From positions 1 to 64,000 of the IMG/VR virus record IMGVR_UViG_3300028833_000101: a stretch of 64,000 nucleotides of DNA. The stretch is one strand, 5' to 3'. Shown in pieces: positions 10,746-22,625 of the stretch (position 1 is its first letter; each line of letters starts with the position of its first letter). The DNA is from a virus. Lineage: Duplodnaviria; Caudoviricetes. The notes below the pieces were generated by a model. It was not told the DNA's origin. It ran no database searches and saw only the letters and a list, made by a program, of their open reading frames with translations. The position numbers were made by a program, and so were the translations under genes.

Positions 10746-13076
10746 ATGGCTGGATTTGATATCAAAAACTGTATTCCAACTGAAGAAGACTTTAGAGAAG
10801 TAGCTGAAGCAAAAGTCACTAATGATAAGAGCAGAGCTCTTGGTGGTTTTTCTTGTTTAGATGATGCTAATGCTCCTTATTATTATTTATTAGTTCGCAG
10901 ATTTTTTGCTTGTATGCTTTTAAAATGAACTGAGGCAGCAAAAGCCTGTGAAAGCCTATTAATTAATACAAAAGATAGCACTTATGATGCTGCTGCAATT
11001 AAACAACTTATTTCTTTAGTACAAGCAAATAAAGCTGATTTTATTGATAATTATAATAAATATAAAGGCTCGCAGGAAATTCAAGCACCAACTGTAACTT
11101 TTGGTAAAAAGAAAAATCATGAAATTACGCCAGCCGATCAAATAAGTTCTCGTGCTGGTGAAGTAAAAGTAATTACTCATGGTAAAACAAAAGATTTTTA
11201 TCGAATTGTTGCTTATGATATGCGCTATGGTGGTAGTGGAGCTAGACGCGGTTTAGTGTTTGGTAAAAAAGATGGCAACTTATATACTATTAAAATTCTT
11301 GGAAGCGACCAAATGACTGGCCTTCGTTTATATGATTCAGTATTATTTAAAACAATAAATGAAGCTAAAATGTTTATTGCAAATATTAATCACAGTAATA
11401 TAAATACTTCTTATGAAATTGATAGCCTTAGATATTGTATTTCAGATGAACCAATTAATACACAACATTATAATTGACAAACTCGTAGCTATGAAAATGT
11501 TGAAATTAATAGTCTAGATGAGGCAGTTCAAGTAAATACTATGTGCGGAAAGGCTTATATATTAAAAAAGAGTGAACAATGTAAAGAATCTTTGGAGATA
11601 GATAATATGAATGAAGCGATTGAAAAACATGATACACTAAATCCAAAATTATTCGAAAACAATTCTTTAAAGCCAGAAATTAGAAAAAAGGCTGAAGAAG
11701 TTGTTAATGAATTTTTGAGAATTTTAGCTGAAGATGAAGTTAGATTAGATGTTAGAGATGTTATTTTAACAGGCTCAAATGCAAGCTATAATTACACAGC
11801 TGACAGTGATGTTGATTTACATATCTTAGCTAATACAACTCAATTTGACGACCCAGAACAACTTCATAAAAAACTTTATAATTGTTATCGCAGAATTTTT
11901 GAAAGCAAATTTGATATTAGTTTCTACGGAATTCCAGTAGAAGTTTATGTTGAAACTGAAGATAACCCAGTTGTTAGTAATGGTATTTATTCTGTCATGT
12001 ATGACAAATGGGTAAAAGAACCAACTAAAGATTATGTTAAAGAAGTTGATCAAGAAGAAATTGCAAAATTTGCTAAACCATGAATTGCTAGAGCAAATGA
12101 AGTAATTAAAAAAGTTGATGATAACATGCCAGATGGTGAAGAAGAAATTGATAAATATTTAGAAGATATTTATGAAATGAGGCAACAAGGTATTTATAAT
12201 ACTGATGGCAGTGAATTCTCATCAGAAAATCTTGCATTTAAAGAAGTTAGAAATGCTGGTTTATTAGATAAATTAAAAGAGCTTAAAAATAAAGTTATTG
12301 AAAAACGTTTGTCTTTAGAAGAGGGCATTAAATACTTAGACGATGATCACGAATTTAAAGATTATGGAACTAGTGAAGCACATGAAACAGATGTAATTGA
12401 TATTCATAAAGCTAGCACATTCTCAACACAAGATTTATTAGATGGTTCAGTAGACGCTGCTTATGATGGCGTTGTATACGATATCGTTGAAATGACACCA
12501 ACCCAATACTTTGAATTATGCTCTAAAATTCAAGGCATGAAACCAGATGAAATTATCGATTTTATTGGTGCTGATGAAAGACAAATCACACATATTAAAG
12601 ATGTTATTCTAAAATATGGTAAGAAACTTCCACTTCCATATGTTAGCTTCAGTGACAATGCTGAAGTTAGTGGCCAAGAAGGCAGACACAGAATGTATGC
12701 TCTTGGTGAAATGTTTGGTTGGGATGAGGATTTCCCAGTAATGCTTATCCAAGATGCAAGCTCTAAGAAAACTCTTGGTGAATTATTGCATGAGTCTATT
12801 ACAGAGGATTTCTATTTAGATGAAAAAACAAGACGTGATTATGTAGTAAAAATTGCACAAATTGCGCATGATCAACCAATTGTTCATCCAAATGGTATAT
12901 TTGAGCTTCACAATATAAGTGAACAAGATGCAAACTTCATAATTCCAAATTTAAGACGTATGCCTTGAATTGAATATGTTTCTAAATCTGGTGGAAGATA
13001 TGATTATAGTAAAATGTCTTATCAAGGTATTCCTGCATTAAAACTTAATATAACTGGAAAAATTAAATTTAACTAA
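10746..13076 (+). CDS. 776-aa fusion: paralog domain + Pol-beta-superfamily nucleotidyltransferase + ParB/Srx-like domain
   Basis: Single frame through TGAs to TAA 13074-13076. NTase motif LTGSNASYNYTADSDVDLHI and PVEVYVE; ParB-like GQEGRHRMYAL. Possible internal start GGAG-N9-ATG at 11607. Confidence 0.75.
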
Positions 13077-13093
13077 ATAAATATTAATTAAAT

Positions 13094-13120
13094 AAAGCCC
13101 TTAAATGGGCTTTTTCTTTT
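13094..13120 (+). terminator. Intrinsic terminator
   Basis: aaagccc-ttaaat-gggcttt plus T tract. Confidence 0.8.
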
Positions 13121-13136
13121 ATTTTTATTAAATCTA

Positions 13137-13154
13137 TTTGCTAAATTATACTGA
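13137..13154 (+). promoter_or_regulatory. Putative late promoter (TTTGCTAAATTATACTGA)
   Basis: GCTAAATTA at 13140-13148 after a terminator, upstream of RBS AAGGAG and ATG 13180. Confidence 0.7.
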
Positions 13155-13179
13155 GAATTGTTTTAAAAGGAGTGGTTAT

Positions 13180-14499
13180 ATGGCAACTATTTGATATCAT
13201 GGCACAACTGATAATATCGATAATTTTGATCATGTTTTAAATTGATTTACAACTAACCTAGACTACGCAAAAAAATTTGGACCAATTATCTATAATTGCA
13301 CTATAGCCGCACAAAAACCATATATAATCAATTCTACCGATGGCAAAATATTTGAGCTAATTCCGCTTCTTCCTCCATTTAAATTTACACCAACAGCTTT
13401 AAAAATTATAAAAGACTTAAATTTAGATGAAGCAGAAGTAAGAGAAGAGCTTAAAAAAATAGCAGCTGAATATGATTACTCTACTGAGTATGTATTAAAA
13501 TTATATACATTTGTACGTTCAAATTATTTTGCAAATAAACTAATGGAAAATGGATATGATTCTATTTTAACAAAAGAATTTGGAAATCCTACTATTGGAG
13601 TTATTAAGCCAGAAATTATTAATATTAAAAAAAGAGTTTTAACAGAAGACACAAGAAATATGCTTGTTTCTAAATCAAGATCTGTTGGACCATATAGTAA
13701 TCAACTTCGTGGCAAAAATAGATTTGAAAGAAAAAAGTATTCTCATATTGCTAAAACAGTTAAACAATATAATCAAATTGATATGAATAAACTTTTTAAG
13801 CAAGATATTCTTGAGCTTAAAGTTCCAGTCGTTGGAGAAACAGATGAATACAGTGTTTCAATTAGACTTGAAGGTGTAGTTGCTGAAATTGCTAAAAATG
13901 TTAAGAATAATAAAAATAAATTTGAGTATCGCACAGTTATTCAAGCTCTTACAAAAGTTTTTAATACTGGCAATGTTTATATTAAGTGCACATGTGATGA
14001 CTATAAATATAGATTTGCTCACTGAAATATTGTAAATAACGTTTCTTTTGATGATAGTGCTAGTGATCCAGGCCCAGGAAAAGGTATTAGAAATCCTGCT
14101 GACGACAAAGGTCGCGGCTGCAAGCATATTTTATTAGTTCTTGCTAATGGTGACTGGGTTTTAAAAGTTGCCTCTGTTATTAATAACTATGTTCATTATG
14201 CAGAAGAACATTTACAAAAACCATTCTTAAAAGTTATTTTTCCAAAAATTTATGGAATTCCAGCTGAGGAAATGGTTGAACAAGACTTAATTGATACAGA
14301 TGAATATTTAGATTCATCTGCTGGATTAATTGATGCAATCAATGAATATGGTAAAAACCGTGGTAAGTATAAACCTGGAACTAATAAAAATCCTATTACT
14401 GGAACTGGTGGCAGACCTAAGAAGGAAGAAGAACCTGCTGAAACACCTGAAGAAACTTCAGAAGAAACTGAAGAAAATGATGAAAATGAGGAAAAATAA
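13180..14499 (+). CDS. ADP-ribosyltransferase (ART-PolyVal-like) fused to a SWIM zinc-finger domain, 439 aa
   Basis: MATIWYHGT...WFTTNLDYAKKF...LMENGYDSI (first two W are TGA); linker RVLTED; SWIM-like IKCTCDD...GCKHILLVL. Frame continuous to TAA 14499. Confidence 0.7.
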
Positions 14500-14537
14500 T
14501 ATAATATTAAAAATATTGTATTATATATTGTATAATT

Positions 14538-16631
14538 ATGTCAGAAAAATTAGATATAAATATTCCAGAAGTTAATGTACCGGAAGCTAAATTGCCAGAT
14601 ATTGATTTATCTGTACTAGACAATTTATCACCAGAAGAGCGTAAGCTAGCTTTTGATATGCTAAAGGAAATTGCGGCTACTGGTAAATCTGAAACATTAG
14701 ACAAATTAAAATATGGTGATTTTGAAGAAATTCCAGTAGATATACATACCTTCCTTCATGATAAAAAATATCTTGGAAACGGCTTATATGACCAAGATGG
14801 TCGATTTACACTCTTCCCATATTGAGAAGAAACTCTAAAAAAGATATTCCCAGATAATATAACAACTGCCTACAATACATTGATATTGACTGGCTCTATC
14901 GGTATTGGTAAATCAACATGTGCTGTTATATGTCAATTATATATGTTATATAGATTATTGTGTCTTAAAGACCCTTATCTATATTATGGCATGCAGCCTA
15001 TTGATAAAATCACAATTTCATTAATGAATATTACCATTGAAAACGCAAAGGGCGTTGCTCTTGATAAGATTAACCAATTATTGTTATCAAGTGAATGATT
15101 TATGAGCCACGGTGAAATGCATGGTACAACTAATATGATTTATGTTCCAGAAAAGCATATCGAATTCGTATGTGCTTCTAGTAACAATCAAATCATAGGT
15201 CGTGCGTTATTCTGCAATTTCTCAGATGAAGTTAACTTTGATGCCAGAAGTGCAAATGTAGAAAGACAAAAAGCAAGATTAAAACAAATCATCTCTCAAG
15301 TCGATTCTCGTATGGCATCAAGATTTTTAAGAGGCGACTTCCTCCCAACATTAAATATTATTGCTTCTTCTAAAGCTTCTGATCAATCATTCTTAGATGA
15401 TTATATTGAAACTAAAAGAAAAAATGAATCTAAAACAACTTTAGTTATTGATGAGCCACAATGGGTTGTTGATAGCAGAAAACAAACAGGTAAATGATTC
15501 CAAGTCGCAGTTGGTGATAGATACTTGCCAAATGAGCTTATCCCAGAAGGAGCTGATATAGAATCATATAGAGAAAAAGGCTATACCAGAATCATAGATG
15601 TTCCAAGCGGCTATCTTGAAAAATTCCGTGATAATATTGAACTTGCCTTAACTGATATTGCTGGTATCTCTACAGCTTCTGCCATTAAATATATTTCAGG
15701 TATTTCATGGAATGCAATTAAAACAGACTATGAAAACCCATTTGTTAAAGAAATTATTGAAGTTGGTAATAACCCAGATGATCATGCTCAATATGCAAAT
15801 TTCTTCGATTTGAGTAAAATACCAGATGCATGAAAAGCTAGACCAATGTGGATACACTTAGATATGTCTTCAGGTGCTTTAGGAAAGGGCGACAAAACTG
15901 GTATTGCAGGTGTTTGAATTGAAGGTAAGCGCCCATCAGTAGAAGGTGAAGATATTTCAAGAGAAATGTATTATCGTGTTGCATTCTCAGTTTCTATCAA
16001 AGCACCAAAAGGCTATTCAATTAGCTTTGCAAAACATAGAAACTTTATTAGATGACTTAGAGACCAAGGCTTTAGCATTAAAGGCATCTCATGCGATACT
16101 TGGGGTGGACCAATGATGCAACAAGAGCTTAAAGCAGACGGCTTTGAAGTTTCAACTATTTCAGTTGACCGTGTTGATAGCAAAACACATCAACAAAATC
16201 AATATGCATATTTTAAGACAACAATGACTGATAGACGATTAAAAGTCTATAAAAAATGTGACTTCTTAACAGAAGAAGTTCTTGGTCTTGAGAGATTATC
16301 AGATGGACATATTGAACACCCTGACGCTGGTAAATCTGGTTCTAAGGACCAAATCGATGCTGTTGTTGGTGCATTATGGAATGCCTCACTAAATGCAGAA
16401 GAATATGCTATAAATTATGGTGATAACATTGATGCTGCATTAAATATAAATATAAATACTAATGTTGAAAAAGATAGACAACAATTAATTCTTGACTATC
16501 AAGAAGAATTAAAAAAGATCTATATGGATACTTATATGGAGATTGATGAAGCTGATCAAGAAAAGCGACGTCAACAAAAAAATGATTATGAGTATCTTAA
16601 AGATATATCAGATGGATTATTCTATCTATAG
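14538..16631 (+). CDS. terL: Terminase large subunit, 697 aa
   Basis: Five track fragments in one frame joined by TGAs. Walker A GSIGIGKS, Walker B NFSDE, RNase H-like IHLDMS...CDT...KDQIDA; lies just upstream of portal. Confidence 0.88.
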
Positions 16632-16648
16632 ATTAAGGAGATTAAATT

Positions 16649-18637
16649 ATGGCTGAAGAAACAAAAACTACAAAAAAGCCTAGATCAAAAAGCTCCCTGA
16701 TTGGTAATCAGGCAAAACCAGTGGTACTGGATTCCACAACCAAACTTGATATTGATACTAATAAAGTATTAATTGACAACATTATTGAAGCTGGCTTACA
16801 AAGCAAACTTGATATCGGAGCCATTGATAGATTTACATCTATTTCAAATGCAAGAGATCAAGTTTATCAATTAATTGATACAATGTGTAATGACTCTGCA
16901 GTTTCTGCAATTGTTAGAACTTACACAGATGATGTTTGTGAACTAGCTGATAATGGTCACATTGTATGATGTGAATCATCTGATCCAAATATTAGTAAAT
17001 TTGTTAACTATTTATTAAATATTATGAATGTTGACAAAAATATTGGTAAATGGGTTTATTGTTTAATTAAATATGGTGATGTATATTTAAGACTTTATCG
17101 TGAATCAGATTATCATGATGTATTATTTAACAAAGTTGATAGAACTAAACAGGCTCTAAATGAAGCAGTTAACCTTTCAATTCACAGCGCAGATGATCAA
17201 TATAGCTATTATATTGAAATGGTTCCAGACCCAAGCACCATGTTTGAATTAACTAGACATGGCCAAACATTTGGATATATTGAAACTCCAAATCAACCAA
17301 ATAACTTTGATGCAACTTCCTATGTAGGTGGCACAACTGGTATGATGAGCGGAAATAGTAATGGTGCATATACATTTGCTTGAAAAACAAGCGATGTTAA
17401 TGTCTATCAAGCTGATGACTTTGTTCATGCTGCTCTTGAAGATAATATTAGTCGTTTTCCAGAAACTGTTGATTTGTTCTATGGAGACACTGAAAATGAC
17501 GCTAAGACTACTAAAAGAAAAACAGGAAGTAATACTGGTGTTGGTAGTCAATCTTATACTGTTAGACGTGGTAAATCATTACTTTATGACTCCTATAAGA
17601 TTTGAAGAGAAAAAGCATTACTTGAAGCTGCTGTATTATTAAGCCGTATCACTCGTTCTGGTATTGTTAGAAAAGTTGCTGTTGAAGTTGGCGATATGCC
17701 AAAAGAACAAGTCCAACAAACATTAAGACGTGTTAAAGAATTATTCGAGCAACGCTCATCATATAATACGGATAAGTCATTCTCAGAGTATACTAATCCA
17801 AGTCCAGTTGAAAACTTCATCTATTATGCAACACATAATGGACAAGGTAATATTACTGTTGAATCTGTTGGTGGCGATTTTGACCCAAAACAATTAACAG
17901 ACTTAGATTGGTGGAATAATAAATTCTATTCATCTTATGGTATTCCAAAACAATACTTTGGTTGGACAGAAGATGGTGCAGGATTTAATGGCGGTAGTTC
18001 ATTAACTATTATTTCTAGTGTTTATTCTAAAGGTGTTAAGAGAATTCAAAATACTATTTTACAAGCTATTACAGACGCCATTAACCTTATATTATTAAAT
18101 AAAGGTTGTAAAGCATACTTAAATAACTTTGTATTAAAAATGAGAGCCCCAATTACTCAAGAAGAAGTTGACTTTAGAGCCCACTTTGCTGATAAAGTTA
18201 CTGCTATTAGTAATGTTAACAGCTTATTCTCTGATGTTGAAGACAAAGCAAGAAGATTAACTATCTTAAAAGCTCTTGTTACAGGATTACATCTTGGTGA
18301 TGAAGTTAATGCTGAAATTGATAAAGAAATTGCTGCTGCTAAAGAAGCTGCTAAAAAGGCTGCTGAACAAGAAAAAGCTGAAGCAGATGCTGCTGCTAAT
18401 GGAGGCGGTGAAGAAGAACTTGACCTTGATATTGGTAATAAAGCAGAAGAAGCTAGTAATGAAGGCAATGAAGAAGAGCTAGATCTTTCACCAATGCCAG
18501 ACTCTGAGCTAGCCGAAGAAAACTTTAAACCAGAACCTGGTTCAACACCATTAGCAGAAGACATTATCAATGAAGATGATGATCTTCCTACGCCGGAAGA
18601 AGCTAATGCAGATATTGACTTCACAGAAAATAAATAA
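16649..18637 (+). CDS. Portal protein (T4 gp20-like), 662 aa
   Basis: KYGDVY, RGKSLLYDSYKIW(TGA)REKALLEAAVLLSRITRS...VEVGDMP, YGIPKQYFG; acidic C-terminal tail; position after terL. Confidence 0.85.
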
Positions 18638-18661
18638 TTATAATTTGAAAGGAAACTTATT

Positions 18662-19135
18662 ATGATTACAAAAAACGATTGTTTATCTATATTAACTAAA
18701 TTAGATGAAAGTGGTGTTAGTGGTGTAAATCCATATGTTCGCAAACTTGTTGTTGCTCGTGATATTCCACTTGAAGTCTTAAAATTCATCTCAGATAATC
18801 GTGGCTTAGAAGTCAGTAAATTCTATGAAATGCTTCGTCAAAGTCACAATAAGAAGAAATCACCTCTTTATACTAATATCTTAAAAGAAATTAATGACCC
18901 TCAAGAAGTTGTTACTACATTATCTTGCTTACTCACACAAATACTATTGTATGGTAAAAAGCTTGATAATAGAGACCAATTCTTTAGAGAAGTCCGTGCA
19001 GAGGAATTAACACGTGTTTTAAATAATTATTTTAAAACTGGTTTATATGAAGAATGCTTAAGCTTAATTAAGCTACTTAAGTCAGACTTACTTGTATTAG
19101 AATATATTGCTGGAAGACGTGAATTAACTGCTTAA
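18662..19135 (+). CDS. Hypothetical helical protein between portal and protease, 157 aa
   Basis: Clean ORF with RBS AAAGGA. Confidence 0.7.
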   Translation: MITKNDCLSILTKLDESGVSGVNPYVRKLVVARDIPLEVLKFISDNRGLEVSKFYEMLRQSHNKKKSPLYTNILKEINDPQEVVTTLSCLLTQILLYGKKLDNRDQFFREVRAEELTRVLNNYFKTGLYEECLSLIKLLKSDLLVLEYIAGRRELTA

Positions 19136-19158
19136 TTTATTATAATATAAATTAAAAT

Positions 19159-19183
19159 AAAGCTCCTATGAGGAGCTTTTTAT
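19159..19183 (+). terminator. Intrinsic terminator
   Basis: aaagctcct-atg-aggagcttt plus T tract. Confidence 0.8.
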
Positions 19184-19189
19184 TATTTT

Positions 19190-19313
19190 ATTAAACTGTT
19201 TTATTTTTATTCGCTAAATTAATTGATAATCGAGAACAAAGTTAAAAAGATAGTTTTTTAATAAATTAATAAATTATTAAAACTGTTATTTAACTTTCTG
19301 CTAAATTAATTAG
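19190..19313 (+). promoter_or_regulatory. Tandem pair of putative late promoters upstream of the protease-capsid operon
   Basis: GCTAAATTAATT at 19213 and 19300, each preceded by TTAAA(A)CTGTT. Confidence 0.65.
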
Positions 19314-19351
19314 ACTGTTGTGTCTAATAGATTAAATAAGGAGACTGAGAA

Positions 19352-21154
19352 ATGGACGCTAAAAACAGACAAGTGTTAGAAGCTTTACAAATGCAACCAT
19401 TATCTGAAGAAGAAAAAACCTCCCGTCATATTCTTGGTAGACTTTATGGACCTATTGCGACCTGTAAAGAAAAAACAAGAAATGGTCGTGGCTATAATAA
19501 AGAACTTTGGGAAAGAGCCCTTAGTGATGAAATCTTCAAAGAAAAACTTGCAACTAAAAGTTTATTCTTAGAATTAGGCCACCCAGCTGATAGAGAAGAA
19601 ACAGACATGACTTGTGTTTGTGCCTGTATCCCAGAAATGCCTAAAATTGTCAATGATGATTTATATGCTTATGTTGACATATTAGACACACCAAATGGCA
19701 AATTATTAAAAACACTTTGTGATTATGGCTTTGTTCCTGGTATCTCTTCAAGAGGTTCCGGTGATATTATGGCTAATGATGAAGTTGACCCTGAAACATT
19801 CTTCTTAGAAACATGGGACATCGTTCAACTTCCCGCTGTTAAAAAAGCAAGACTTGCAATGTGTGAAGGTTTTGATGGTAAAAAACCATTAAAAGCAGTA
19901 TTACAAGAAAGTTATGATGCTGCAGATGACAAAGATAAGAATGCCATTAAAGAAGCATTAGACAACTTAGATATTAAATTAACTGAAGATGTTGTTGAAG
20001 ACAATATTCCAGTTGAAGACCCAGAAGCTCCAATTGAAGAAACATTAGTTGAAGCTGAAGAATCTTCAGTAGAAGAAATTCCTGAAGAAGAAGTTGTTGA
20101 AGAACAACCAGCTGAAGATGAACCAAAAGCTGAAGAAGTTGAAGAAGCTCCTGAAGCACTAACAGTTGGTGCATTCGTTGATGAATTAAAAGATTATGAT
20201 AAAGAGCTTTCCTTAGAATGGAAACCAATTATAATTAATGATGTTGAATATCCAGTTGAAGCTGTTGTATTTGATAACAGTGAAGATGGAAAAATTATTG
20301 CTACAGTTAGTTATACTCTTCCTGAAGAAGAGAATACTATAAATGATGAAGAAGTTAGTTCTGATGAAGAACCTGCTACAGAAGAACAAGAAGTTCCTGC
20401 AGAAGAAGCTGGCGATGCCGGAGAAGATGAAGTAATTGAAAGTTTGAAAGAAGCAGTTCGTCAAAAAGACTTACTCGAAAATGAAGTCCGCGATCTTAAA
20501 AATCAAAAGACAGTCAGTGATACCGAAGTACAAGGTTTGAAAGAAGAGCTTGAGAAATACAAGAGCGGTTTCATGAGAGTTAGCGAACTTGCCTCAAAAT
20601 CAACAAAGCTTGAAAAAGAGAATCAATCTCTTACAGAGCAATTAAATCTTAAAGATACTGAAATCAAAGATTTAAAGGAAAAAGTTGAAAACCACAACAG
20701 TTTAACAGAAAGTATTAATGCTGATAAAGCAAAAGTTCAAGAGTTATCTGAAAAATTAGTTAAGGTTCAAGCCGAAGCTGAAGAAACAGAGAAATCCTTA
20801 AACGAAGCGCTTACAGAAAGTAGAAAGAAAGCTGCTGACAGAGCAAATCTTGCAAAGTCATACAAAGCTAAATATGATGCTGTTATTGAACGCTACCTTG
20901 CCAATAAAGCAAAAATGCTTGGTGTTAGACCATCAGATATTACTAGCAAACTTGCCGAAAGCTATTCGCTAGACGATATCGACAATGTTTGCAATGATCT
21001 TCTTGATGAAGGTCGCCCACAATTCGGTTTGGTTGGTGGTAATCCAAGAGTAAGAGTCAATGAGTCAGTCAGTAAAACTGAAAAGAAAGTTATTGATCCA
21101 GACAATGGCTACGAAATTGATGATGACTTACTTATCTTAGCCGGATTAAAATAA
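19352..21154 (+). CDS. Prohead protease (T4 gp21-like) fused to an acidic/coiled-coil scaffold region, 600 aa
   Basis: RNGRGY, ELGHP (catalytic His), GISSRGSG (catalytic Ser), WDIVQLPA; C-terminal coiled coil rich in LxE sites and ending ILAGLK. Confidence 0.88.
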   Translation: MDAKNRQVLEALQMQPLSEEEKTSRHILGRLYGPIATCKEKTRNGRGYNKELWERALSDEIFKEKLATKSLFLELGHPADREETDMTCVCACIPEMPKIVNDDLYAYVDILDTPNGKLLKTLCDYGFVPGISSRGSGDIMANDEVDPETFFLETWDIVQLPAVKKARLAMCEGFDGKKPLKAVLQESYDAADDKDKNAIKEALDNLDIKLTEDVVEDNIPVEDPEAPIEETLVEAEESSVEEIPEEEVVEEQPAEDEPKAEEVEEAPEALTVGAFVDELKDYDKELSLEWKPIIINDVEYPVEAVVFDNSEDGKIIATVSYTLPEEENTINDEEVSSDEEPATEEQEVPAEEAGDAGEDEVIESLKEAVRQKDLLENEVRDLKNQKTVSDTEVQGLKEELEKYKSGFMRVSELASKSTKLEKENQSLTEQLNLKDTEIKDLKEKVENHNSLTESINADKAKVQELSEKLVKVQAEAEETEKSLNEALTESRKKAADRANLAKSYKAKYDAVIERYLANKAKMLGVRPSDITSKLAESYSLDDIDNVCNDLLDEGRPQFGLVGGNPRVRVNESVSKTEKKVIDPDNGYEIDDDLLILAGLK

Positions 21155-21191
21155 GCTGATAACTTACTATCATATTTTATAGGAGAAAATA

Positions 21192-22523
21192 ATGAGACAA
21201 AATTTACTTGAGACTTATAGTCGTCAATTAAAGGTCGCAGAAGCCTACGTTGCCAAAAACTTCGATGGCAAACAAATTTCTGCTAATACACAATTAACAA
21301 CTGCTGTCTTATTAGACAACACAAACAGATGGATGACAGAATCCATGAACACCCAAGCTACAGAACGTTCTGACTTAGGTGATTGGAAAAAATTCTGCTT
21401 AAACCTCACAAACATCGCTGTTCCATCATTAATCGCTAATGATTTAGTCATCGTTCACCCAATGACTTCTTACAGCGGCTCTGTTGCTTACTTACGTTAT
21501 GTTTCTAAAACTGACAAAGGCGACATCCACAAAGGATTCGAATTCAATAGTGTCTTCGGTCTTGGTGAACACAGCGAAGCAAGAACTGCTTTCACTTCCC
21601 AAGTTATCGTTGAAACTGCTGGTTCCGATGGTAAAGTTGCTCTTACCCCAATGGCTACAAACCGTTTCGGTAAAGAAGGCGAACACAAAGATGCTAAAGT
21701 CATCAAAGCTGATGGTTCTATCGAATATGTCACTGCTGAAAAATTAAAAGCTGGCGTTGAAGCTGGTGCTAAAGTTGCTTACTTCAGTGAAGAATTCCAA
21801 ATGGAACGCGTTCCTGCTCAAGACATTCCAACCATTGGTCCAAAAATGGAAAGAATCGCTCTTGTTGCTGAACCAAGACGTATCGCTGTCCGTTACGATC
21901 AAATCACTGCTTTCCAAGCAAAAACTGACTACGGCTTCTCACTCGATAAACAAATCGCTGAACAAGCTTGTGGTGAATTAGCATATGAAATCGACACTGA
22001 AATCGTCGACATGTTATACAAAGCCGCTTTTGCTCACAAAGATGCAGAAGGCAAACCAGTCGTTCTTGAATGGTCCAAGACTCTCCCAATCGGCGTTAGC
22101 AAATTCGAGCACTACAATGGCTTCTTAGAAGTTATTGAACAAGCTAAAGCTGTTATCTATAACAGAACAAAGAAATTCCATCCTAACTACATGGTCATCT
22201 CTGCAGACTGCTTACCAGTCTTAAGATTCGTCAATGGCTTCACAGCTGTTAAGAATGCTAAGATGAATGGACCTTACAAAGTTGGTGAATTAGATGGTTT
22301 ATCAATCTATGTCTCCCCAGCTCTTGAATCAGGTGAATTCTTCCTTGGTTTAAACGGTTCTGACATGATGTCCTCTGCTGGTGTCTACGCACCTTACATG
22401 GCAATTGTCCCAACTCAATTACTTGGAACACCTGACGGTGGTTTAGCACAAGGCTTCTCAACTTGGTATGCTAAAGCATTACTCAACGAGAACCTCTTAG
22501 TCGCTGGCCGTATCGTTGCCTAA
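21192..22523 (+). CDS. Major capsid protein (T4 gp23-like), 443 aa
   Basis: LIANDLVIVHPMTSYSG, ELAYEIDTEI, GVYAPYM motifs; follows protease; distinct high-expression codon bias; strong terminator behind it. Confidence 0.92.
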   Translation: MRQNLLETYSRQLKVAEAYVAKNFDGKQISANTQLTTAVLLDNTNRWMTESMNTQATERSDLGDWKKFCLNLTNIAVPSLIANDLVIVHPMTSYSGSVAYLRYVSKTDKGDIHKGFEFNSVFGLGEHSEARTAFTSQVIVETAGSDGKVALTPMATNRFGKEGEHKDAKVIKADGSIEYVTAEKLKAGVEAGAKVAYFSEEFQMERVPAQDIPTIGPKMERIALVAEPRRIAVRYDQITAFQAKTDYGFSLDKQIAEQACGELAYEIDTEIVDMLYKAAFAHKDAEGKPVVLEWSKTLPIGVSKFEHYNGFLEVIEQAKAVIYNRTKKFHPNYMVISADCLPVLRFVNGFTAVKNAKMNGPYKVGELDGLSIYVSPALESGEFFLGLNGSDMMSSAGVYAPYMAIVPTQLLGTPDGGLAQGFSTWYAKALLNENLLVAGRIVA

Positions 22524-22548
22524 TTTAGTTTAGGTTAGAATACAACAA

Positions 22549-22576
22549 AAAGGCTCACTTCGGTGAGTCTTTTTTA
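22549..22576 (+). terminator. Intrinsic terminator after MCP
   Basis: aggctcac-TTCG-gtgagtct plus T tract. Confidence 0.88.
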
Positions 22577-22607
22577 TTGCCTCCTAAGAATAGATTTAAT
22601 AAAAATA

Positions 22608-22625
22608 TTTGCTAAATTATACGAG
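22608..22625 (+). promoter_or_regulatory. Putative late promoter driving the glycosylation cassette
   Basis: TTTGCTAAATTATACGAG immediately before ATG 22626. Confidence 0.65.

Noticed and set aside
14538-22523. Introns or inteins in terL, portal or MCP
   Set aside because: Reconstructed proteins have ordinary lengths and contiguous motifs; no homing endonuclease or intein signatures seen.
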